Source: the human T2T-CHM13v2.0 reference genome, Homo sapiens. From it: a stretch of 64,000 nucleotides of DNA. Where the stretch lies: the NCBI RefSeq assembly GCF_009914755.1, contig NC_060926.1; one strand, 5' to 3'. A program made the translations under genes and the position numbers. Shown in pieces: positions 53,904-64,000 of this stretch. The stretch's first letter is position 1, and every line of letters starts with the position of its first letter. Below the pieces are notes generated by a model. That model did not search any database, was not told the origin of the DNA, and was given only the letters and a program-made list of their open reading frames with translations.

Positions 53904-54880
53904 ATGCAGTTCAAGGAACACTCACATGCAGAGATGAGAAAGAACCAACATGAGAACTCCCACAACTCCAATGGCTCGAGTGTTGTATGTCCTCCCAACG
54001 ACTACACTAGTTCTCCAACGATGGTTGTTAACCAGGCTGAGTTGGCTAAAATGACAGAAATAGAATTCAGAATATGGATAGGAACGAAGATCATCAAGAT
54101 TCAAGAGAACAGCAAGACAAAATCCAAGGAAACTAAGAATCACAATAAAATGATACAGGAGCTCATGGATGAAATAGTATAAAAAAACCTAACTAATCTG
54201 ATAGAGCTGAAAAACACACTACAATAATTTCACAATGCAATCACAAGTATTAACAGCAGAATAGACCAAGCAGAGAAAAAAATCCTGAAACCTGAAGACT
54301 GACGCTCTGAAATAAGACGAAAAAAAAAAATGAACAAAACCTCTGAGAAATATGACATTATCTAAAGAGGCCAAATCTACAAATCACTGGCATCCCTAAA
54401 AGGGATAGAGAGAAAGCAAAGAACTTGGAAAACATATTTCAGGATATTGTCTATGAAAACTTCCCCAAACCTTGCTAGAGAGGCCAACAGTCAAATTTGC
54501 AAAATACGGAGAACACCTACAAGATTCTACACAAGATCATCCCCAAAACATATAATCATCAGACTTTCCAAGGTCAAAATGAAAGAAAGACTATTAAAAG
54601 CAGCTAGAGAGGAAAAGCAGGGCATCTACGAAGGAAATCCCATCAGGCTAATGGCAGACCTCTCAGCAAAAACCCCACAAGCCAGAAGAGATTGGCAGCC
54701 TATACCCAACATTCTTAAAAGACAAAAAATCTTCAACCACCCAAGAATTTAATATCCAGTCAAACTAAGCTTCCTCAGCAAAGGAGAAATAAGATCCTTT
54801 TCAGAATAGCAAATGCTGAGAAGGTTTGACACCACCAGAACCACCTTACAAGAGATCCTGAAAGAAGCACAAATATAAAA
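53904..54880 (+). pseudogene. L1 ORF1p remnant (disrupted)
   Basis: ORF fragments MRKNQHENSHNS...MTEIEFRIWI and PNLAREAN...PKHIIIRLSKVKMKERLLKAARE. Confidence 0.88.
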
Positions 54881-54989
54881 AGGTCATTACCAGCCTATAC
54901 AACAACACATTTAAGTACACCGACCAGTGACACTATAACGCAACCACACAAACAAGTCTGCATAATAACTAGCTAACAACACGAAGACT

Positions 54990-57900
54990 GGATCAAAGTC
55001 ATATATATCAATGCTAACATTGAATGTAAACAGGCTAAATGTCCTATTTAAAAAGGAACAGAGTAGTCAGCTGAAAAAAAAAAAAACAGTAAGACTCAAT
55101 GGTGTGCTATCTTCAAGAGGAGAGACCCATCTCATACATAATGACATCAACAGGGTGAAAATAAAGGGAGGGAGGAAAACCTACCAAGCAAATGGAAATC
55201 AGAAGAAAACATGGGTTGGTATCCTAATTTCAGACAAAATAGACTTTAAACCAACAAAGATTAAAAAAAAGACAAAGAATGTCTTTACATAATGGTAAAA
55301 GGTTCAATTCAACAAGAAGACCTAACTATCCTAAATATATATGCACCCAATACAGGAGCACTCAAATTCCTAAAGCAAATTCTTGGAGACCTTCAAATAT
55401 ACTTAGACTCCCACACTACTATAACAATAATAGGAGGAGACTTCAACACTAATAGTATTAAACAGATCATCAAGGCAGAAAATTAACAAAGGTATTCAGG
55501 ACCTGAATTCAACATTGGATCAAATGGATCTGATGGACATCTACAGAACTCTCCACTGAAAACCAATAGAATATACATTCTTCTCATCACTACATGGCAC
55601 ATACTTTAAAATTGATGACACAATTGAACATAAAACAACCCTGAGCCAATGCAAATGAACTAAAATCATATCAAACACTCTTGGACCACAGTGCAGTAAA
55701 AATAGAAATCAAGACTAAAAAAATGTTGCTTGAAATCATGAAATTACATGGAAATTAAACAACCTGCTCCGGAATGACTTCTGGGTAAATAATGAAATTA
55801 AGGCAGACATCAAGAAGTTCTTTGAAACTAATGATAACAAAGATATAACATAAAGAGAAAATATTGAATCTCTGGGATACAGCCAAGACAGTGTTAAGAG
55901 GGAAAATTATAGCACTAAATGCCCACATCAGTTAGAAAAGTCTCAAATAAAAAATCAAACATCACAACTAAACAAATTAAAGAAGCAAGAGAAAGTCAAC
56001 CCCAAAGCTAGCAGAAGATTAAAAAAAAAAAAACAAGGTCAGAGCAGAGCTGAATGAAGGAGATAGAGACACATACACACACACACAAAATTTAAAAGAT
56101 CAATAAATTTATGAGTTGGCTTTTGTTAAAAAACGAATATGATACTGAGGCCACTAGCTAGGCTATAAACGAAGAAAAGAGAGGAGATCCAAAAAACACA
56201 CTCAGAAAAAAAAGGAGATATTACCATTGACCCCACAGAAATACAAATAACCTTAAGAGACTACTATGAACACCTCTATACACACAAACTAGAAAACCTA
56301 GAAAAGATGGAATCCTTCCCAAGACTGAATCAGGGAGAAATCAATTCCCTGAACAAACCAGTAATGAGCTTCAAAATTGAATGAACAATAAATAGCCTAC
56401 CAACCAAAAAACCCCCAGGACCCTACAGATTCACAGCTAAATTCTGCCAGATGTATGAAATTGAAAGCGGACCCCTTTTTTACATAATATACAAAAATAA
56501 ACTCAAGATGGATGAAAGACTTAAATGTAAAATCCAAGACTTTAAAGTCCTTGGAAGACAACCTAGGCAATACCATTCTGGACATAGCAACTGGCAAAGA
56601 TTTCATGATGAAGACACCAAAAGCAATCACAACAAAAGGAAAAATTGACAAATGAGATCTAATTAAACTTAAGAGCTTCTGCAAAGGAAAAGAAACTATC
56701 GAAAGAGTAAATAGACCACCTACAGAAACATTCCTACTGAAACTATTCCAAAAAATTGAGGGGGAAGTAATCTTCCTGAACTCATTCTAAGAGGCCAGCA
56801 TCATCCTGGTACTAAAAGCTACCAGAGACAAAACAAAGAAAGAAAACTTCAGGCCATTATTTTTGATGAACATTGATACAAAAATACTCAGTGAAATACA
56901 GGCAAACCAAATCCAGCAGCACATCAAAAAGCTTATCCACCATGATCAAATAGGCTTTATCCATAAAATGCTAAGTTGGTTCAACATACACAAATCAATA
57001 AATGTGTTTCATCACATGAACAGAACTAAAAACAAAAACCATACGATAGTTTCAACAGTTGCAGAAAAGCCTTTTGATAAAATTCAATATTTCTTCATGT
57101 TAAAAACTCTCAATAAACCAGGTATTGAAAGAACACACTTGAAAATAATGAGTCAACTATGACATACTGAATGGGCAAAAGCTAGAAGCAGCTCCCTTGA
57201 AAACCAGCACAAAACAAGGATGCCTTCTCTCAGCACTCCTATTCAACATAGTATTGGAAGTCTTTTCCAGAGCAATCAAGCAAAAGAAAGGAAGAAAGGG
57301 CATCCAAATAGGGAGAGAGAAATCAAACTATCCCTGCTTTGATTATCCATGATTCTATATCTAGAGAACCCCATAGTCTCTATCCAAAAGCTCCTTCAGC
57401 TGATAAACAACTTCAGCAAAGTTTCAGAACACAAAATCAACATAGAAAAATTACACCACAACAGTCAAGCTGAGAGCCAAATCAGGAATGCAATCCCTAT
57501 CACAATTGCCACAAAAAGAATAAAATACTTAAGAATATAGCTAACCAGGGAGGCGAAATATCTCTACAATGAGAATTACAAAACATTGCTCAACAAAATC
57601 AGAGATGACACAAACAAATGGAAAAACATCCCATGCTTATAGATAGGAAGAATAAATATCATTAAAATGGCCATACTGCCCAAAGCAATTTACAGATTCA
57701 ATGGTATTTCTATCAAGCTACCAATGGCATTCTTCACAGAACTAGAAAAAAACTATTCTAAAATTCATACGGAACCAAAAAATAGGCCGATTAGCCAAGG
57801 CAATTCTAAGCAAAAAGAACAAAGCTGGAGGCATCATGCTACTCAACTTCAAACTATACTACAGGGCTACAGTAACCAAAACAGCATGGTACTGGTACAC

Positions 57901-58830
57901 AAACAGATGCATTGACCAATGGAATAGAATAGAGAGACCAGAAATAAGTCTGCAAACTTACAACTATCTGATCTTCCACAAAGCTGACAAAAAAAGCAAT
58001 GGGGAAAGGACTCCCTATTCAATCAATGGTGCTGGGATAACTGCCTAGCCCTATGCAGAAAATTGAAACTGGACCCCTTCCTTACATAATGTACAAAAAT
58101 CAACCCGAGATATATGAAACATTTAAATGTAAAACCCAAAACTCTAAAAACCCTGGAAGACAACCTAGGCAATACCATTCTGGACATAGGAACTGGTAAA
58201 GATTTCATGATGAAGGCAACAAAAGCAATCACAGCAAAATCAAGAATTGACAAATGAGATCTAATTAATCTTAAGAGCTTCTGCACAGCAAAAGAAACTA
58301 TCAGAAGAATAAACAGGCAAGCTACAGAATGGGAGAAAATATTTGCAAACTATGCATATGACAAGGTCTACTATCCACCATCTAGAAGAAACTTAAACAA
58401 ATTTACAAGAAAACAACAGCCCCATTAAAAAGTGGGTGAAGGATATAAGTAGACACTTTCAGAAGACAATATACAAGCAGCCAAAAAGCATATGAATAAA
58501 GCTCAATATCACTGATTATTAGAGCAATGCAAATAAAACCACAACAAGACACCATTTCACAGCAGTCAGAATAGCTATTATAATATTAAAAAGTCAAGAG
58601 TTATAGATGCTGGCAAGGTTGCAGAGAAAAGGGAATGCTTATACGTTGTTGGTGGGAACGTAAATTAGTTCAACTATTCTGGGAAGCAGCGTGGCTATTT
58701 TTCACAGAGCTAAAATCAGAACTACCATTTGATCCAGCAATTCCATTACTGGATATATACCCAAAGAAATAAAAATCATTTCATCATAAAGACACAGGCA
58801 CATGTATGTTTATTGCAGTTCTACTCATCG
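54990..58830 (+). pseudogene. L1 ORF2p remnant (endonuclease/reverse transcriptase; many stops and frameshifts)
   Basis: [42 protein letters not shown]...[49 protein letters not shown]. Confidence 0.92.
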
Positions 58831-59631
58831 TAGCAAAGACATAGAATCAACTTAAATGCCCATCAAGGGTAGATTGGATAAAGAAAATGTGGTACATATA
58901 CACCGTGGAATACTATGCAGCCAAAAAAAAACCAAGATCATGTCTTTTTGTAGGAGCATGGATGGAGTTGGAGACCATCATCCTTAGCAAACTAATGCGG
59001 GAACTGCAGGAACAGAAAACCAAATACCACATGTTCTCACTTGTAAGTGGGAGGTAAATGATGAGAACACATGGACACAAAGAGGGGAACAACAGATACT
59101 GAGGCCTACTTGAAGGTGGAGGGTGGGAGGAGGAAGAAGATCACAAAAAATAACTATTGGGTACTAGGCTTAGCATCTGAGAAATGAAGTAGTCTGTACC
59201 ACAAACCCCCATGACATGAGTTTACCTGTATAACCAACCTGCACAAGTAACTCTGAACCTAAAATAAAAGTTAAAAAAAAAAAGAATTAACTCTTCTGCT
59301 CCCATTCAGCAATCTATGTATTTCTGCAAAATCTACACAACCTATACAATCTTCTGCACACAATTATTTAAAGAATCCAAAGTAGGAAATAATTTTACAA
59401 TGCCTATCACTTTGATCAAGGAAGTATTTAATCCAATGACTGCCTAGCCCGTGGTTTAATACAGGTTTGTTGGTTAGGTGACTTTCTAAAGAAGTTAAGA
59501 GATCCCAGATTTATTGAGCTGGAAAAATCTTGAACAATCTTGAAATTTCACTCTTTGATTTCTGTCCTCTTTCATTAATTGTCGTATCCTTATGGAGAGA
59601 CAAATTGTAACAGCTGTCCATTGCCTATTAA

Positions 59632-59850
59632 CAGAGGTTGTCAAACTCTTTCTATAAAGATCCAGAGAGTAAATGTGCTTGTTTTTGCAGGACACAAGGT
59701 CTTTGTTGAAACTTCTCAACTCCAGTGCTGTGAGTTGAAGTCAGCTGTAGGCGGTGTGTCCCTCCATGGGTACGGCTGCTGTCCTATAAAACTCCACTTA
59801 CGAAAGTGGGTGATATGCTGGTTTTGGCCTCCAGTGTGCAGTGTGCTAAG
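59632..59850 (+). mobile_element. MER58A-type hAT MITE
   Basis: cagaggttgtcaaactctttctataaagatccagagagtaaat...ctcaactc...ggctgctgtcctataaaact. Confidence 0.8.
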
Positions 59851-62800
59851 GGTCACCTAGAAGAAAAAGCCCCAACGTTTTCTTTCAGCCATTTCTTCCC
59901 AGTGTGCTTGATCTGTAAACAACCACTTCTGTTCCAAGTATGCAGGTTCTTTCAGGATTCATTCCTTTGTCCAGTTGATTCCACCTAATGCGCCATGTGA
60001 GTAGCAACAGTCAACATCAGGAATGGTATTGCTTTCAGTTCAAGCCTGTGTCAATTAGACCCAAGCGGTCCTCAAAATGAAAATCTGGTGGAATTGTCTT
60101 CCACAGCTAGGTCCTGGCCTTACTTCCACAGGCTTCAGTGAATATCTCCCTTTGCAGCATTCATCTACTAGTTTCCTTTTGAATCTCTTGCAATTTGTCT
60201 CACATGTATAACAGTCTCCCAAATGAAGTAGAAGATATTGCATAGTAGAAGCTAGCCCGCTGTGCTGTGTGCTGAGAAGCAGCCTTTGGTGCAGGGAAAT
60301 CCAGCACATTTCTTCACTTTATCATTAATTGAGCTTCTCCTTGAAGCTAATTTGAATTAATGTAACCGGCTTCTTTACTGAATGCCAAACTGGAGCTGTG
60401 TGTGGCAAATCTGTGTGGCAGATCCATGCTCTGAAACCAAAAATTACTGAAGAGCAATTACTTCTTTCTGGTCACTGATGAAACATTCCAGCCATTGTCA
60501 GAAAGCTTCCAACACTTTATCTCTGCTAGTCACGATGAAGTGTGAGGAGGGGGCAGATGCTGGCTGGAGAAGAGGACCCTGCCTGCCATGGTCCTGCATC
60601 AGTACCACACAGCATAGCCTCACACGGGCGTGATGTTTGCCTTTGCATTTACCTTTCTGTATAACTTGAAGGTGTCTGGAAAACCGCAAGAACTTAGACA
60701 CCTTGTTTCATGAGTTGCAAAGCCTGCCCTATATCCTCTGAGGCTTGTCTCTTGGTAAAACCAACAGATGTTTCACATAGACTGCACGGTAAAGGGAAAC
60801 AGTGCTGCGTGAAAGAGGCTTGCAGCTCCGTTCTTCCATTCCAGCTTCACTAAGGGAGTAAGTGATGGTCCGTGAAGGGCAAGGGACTATATAAATTCAG
60901 TGCTGAATTTATAACTCCTTAAATGCTCCCAGAGCAGGATTTTATAATAGCTCACTCCAATCACAGAATGAAACTTTCTCAGCACAAAGTACTGTACTTG
61001 CGCTGCAATTATTTTAACCCACACGTTAGACATTTTACAGATGTGTTATTGCCAAATACATGTGAGCTTAAAAAATAGATTATTTTCTTTTTCCAAATCC
61101 TATAGAAAAAATCATCATAAACCAATTTTACCAGAAAATATGTATTTGTTACAACCCTAACTTTGTTTTTGAATTTGACATATATGCTTTCTTCCTTTGA
61201 TAAGTGTCCACGTATTCAACTATGCCCAGTCCGTGTGATTATTCAACTCACTGGATTCTCTAATATTTATTAGTAAAAATCCAAGGTATGTCTTCACATC
61301 CCTGCTGCAGCCACAAAACAAGATTCTAAATGTCAAGTCTTATGGGCAGAATTTTGCTTTATACTATATAAAGTGAGTTTATGCATAACAAATTGTGATC
61401 TTAATTTATTTGCCATTTTTTTCCCCATGAGGGCAATGGTGTAATACACGGGCTCTCCATATGCCTCATTTCTGTTTGCCCTGGGTATTTTTAATGTAAC
61501 AGTGCACTAATTCTAATTTCTCTTAGCCTAGGTCTGAAAATGCCCTTACTTGTTTAAAATCCTGTCCTTGTCTTAGGCAAAATTTGGCTTCCTTTTCTTA
61601 CTTTATAATTCAAATAGATTCCACAAGCTCACTCACACCTGTTTTGTCTTTCATTCCTCACAGGGATGATCTCGGAACAAAATATTAAACCCACTCCATA
61701 GGTTTCTTTCTTTGTCTCCTCCCTTATTCATTAATATTTCATCTCCAAGGCCTGACTGCCAGGAACCTTGGTCAAGGAGCAGTGTAATTTTGATTAAATA
61801 CATCTTCAGTGTTTGACTCACTGCAAAGCCCAGCCTCCCTATTGAGAAGCAGTCAAGGTACTGCGATGTAGCTCCCATGTTGAAAAACGATCTCAGACCA
61901 ACTCTGAGACAAGGAATGCCTCCGGGTATGAGACTCATTTGTCGTTGACTAATGGATTTGTGAGTTTTTGTTCTCTTCCATTTTTTTTTAAATAACTGTT
62001 TTTAAAAATGTGTGTATGGTGGGGTGGGGACGGCTGCTAAAGCAATGAGAAGTGAGTCCTTAATTCCTACCCTGACCTCTTCCCTACCCCCTTATTTCCA
62101 TCTGCTCTTTTCAATCTGGCTGTTTGGATGTGAGGTATTCTAAGATCCCACCGTCTTCCTACATAATAGGACAGCATTTCACACAAAGCTGCTGCCTGGC
62201 AGGTGGCAATGAGGTCATGTTTGAAGAGTGGGCAAGGTGAGCCACTTGCAAATAACGTGAGGAAGGGCTCAGTGTGACTTGTGCTCTAAAGAGATGCAGG
62301 GGCTTCAGACATGGATCTTTGAAACAAACCCCGTGGAGGCTGCAGAGAGATTTTAACGTTATTAAGGCACAAGTTGCACAATACCACTGGGGCCACTGCC
62401 ATCTGATTTGTGCCTCATATTCTGGGAGCAATTCTTTCGTTTGCTTTTGAATGACTCTGAAAAAAGTGGCATCAGTCAGCGAATGCATGTCTGTATAAAT
62501 TATGCATCTGTGAGTTCATGCTCACATGGCATTCAGGAAGCTCCATGATGTACGGCAGAGGCCTTTGTGGGGGAGGGAGAGATGGAGGGAGGGGCAGGGA
62601 GGGAGAGAGGCTGCTTGGAGGTTGGGAATCCAGAGGTTTCTGTGAATAGTGACACCTGAAATGAGAACACATATGAAGGTGGAGGGGCTCTGGGGAAAGT
62701 GAGAAGCCTGACCTAAATGCAGTCATTTTCTTCTCTCTGCTTCCATTCGTTTATGTCTCTTCTCCCTTGCCTGCCCCCTGCCACTGTTCCTGGTAGCCTT

Positions 62801-64000
62801 TCCCTGTGGCTTCTTAAGGAGACAGGAGCAAGCATGTATTTGCCAGGGTGCTTGCCGATTTTATTAAGCAAGCTTTCCATTCAAGTTTGGGGCGGGGTGG
62901 TATTGAAAGGTGTCAGACAGGAAAACAGATGCTCTGGTGGACAGTCATTAATTCCCCAATTCTCATTCATGTTACTATTCTAGGGAGACAGAGTGGGGGC
63001 CTAACGTCTAGTGGAGGAGAGAGACGTGAATAAATGTACGTAACAAGAGGCATCTAAAAAAGTGACCTTGGGGGGAAAACTGAAGATAGCAAAAAGCGGT
63101 TGACCACAACTCTGTCATCTAGATATCTATCACCAACTCTAAAATGTGTGTAGTCAACAAATGCTGTGAAGCTACATTCACAATTTGTATGGATGAGCCG
63201 TCTGATTGGAATAAGACTCAGATGTGGAAGGTACAAGCTCTTCAAGATGAGTGACCCTTCCAGTAGGTGAGGGTCTGCACTCTGTGCCAGTTAAAAGATA
63301 GCTCCACAAGGCAAATCAGTGTGCTCTGACCCAAAGGAAGTGCAAGGAAAAAGAACAGCTGCCCACTGTGGACTTCTGGACATCCCATCTTCTAAGACTT
63401 TAAAGGACTTGCATCTACTTTTGTTAATCTACAAGCATTCTTGGTAAATATCAGATACACAATACTAGCTTTTCTCATACGTCACAATGGAAGAAAAGGT
63501 AAAATCAAGACTCATGCATTTAACATTAATCTCTAGGAAAAAAACCAGGATGGCTAATTAAGCAGATGACGTGAAAAGGAGAAAAGAAAGAAAAGATGAC
63601 TATACTAGGCAAAACAGCTTTACTAAGAACATAAACTAAGCGAACATAGTTGTTTTTGTTGATCAGGAGCTATGCTGGTAAATGAAAGAAATGTGAGTGT
63701 GGGCTCCGCCTGTGTAGAGAAAAGTGTGTGCACATACGGCCCCTTGATTCTGCAAGACAGTCATGCTCAGCTAAGATGGGGAAATACAAATTAAAGAAAG
63801 AGTTATTTGTGTCTGGCTGCAAGGCCATCTCTCAATATTTTGATTACTACATGTATGTCCACCAGCTGATGAAGCTGTCTAGTCGTGTGTCACAGTGGCT
63901 ACCATTTGTTTTGCCCTGTTCAAAATTTCTATCAGTGACTTGGTTGACAATGCCATGTTTTAGTTTATTTCTAAAGAAAAAACACATACGTTTACTGGTT

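Larger units (their letters stand above)
50888..59283 (+). mobile_element. Full-length inactive L1PA15/16-type LINE-1 (~8.4 kb)
   Basis: 5' caagatggctgactaaaagcagct; ~3 kb repetitive 5' UTR; ORF1/ORF2 remnants; 3' UTR ...ctctgaacctaaaataaaagtt + polyA; TSD GAATTAACTCTT at 50876-50887 and 59284-59295. Confidence 0.93.

Noticed and set aside
53904-58830. Active LINE-1 or domesticated RT gene
   Set aside because: Both ORFs are broken by many stops, frameshifts and deletions

Overview
Primate, almost certainly human, non-coding genomic DNA (intergenic or deep intronic). Species evidence is an AluY with four of the five Ya5 diagnostic bases. I find no credible protein-coding exon, RNA gene or CpG island. 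The ORF track is explained by Alu/L1/LTR remnants, microsatellites and chance. About half the window is interspersed repeat: Alus (J, S, Y), a full-length but dead ~8.4 kb L1PA15/16-type element with intact target-site duplication (TSD) at 50888-59283, a long old L1MB-type element, short L1PA 3' ends, many MaLR/ERV solo LTRs, hAT MITEs, MIR and L2. Repeat names are from recalled consensus sequences, so subfamily calls are approximate. Most notable observations: (1) a ~2.6 kb repeat-free island at ~32.1-34.7 kb with retained CpGs and clustered GRHL/C-EBP/HNF4/FOX/NKX/SOX/steroid-receptor-like motifs (candidate enhancer); (2) several fossil templated-insertion or template-switch scars, including an 83-bp copy of flanking DNA and a 270-bp copy of downstream ORF2 inside the big L1, and a hairpin cluster at 15.2-15.3 kb; (3) a short L1 3' transduction; (4) a young, possibly polymorphic AluYa. 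I cannot support a claim of a new biological system and cannot name the locus.
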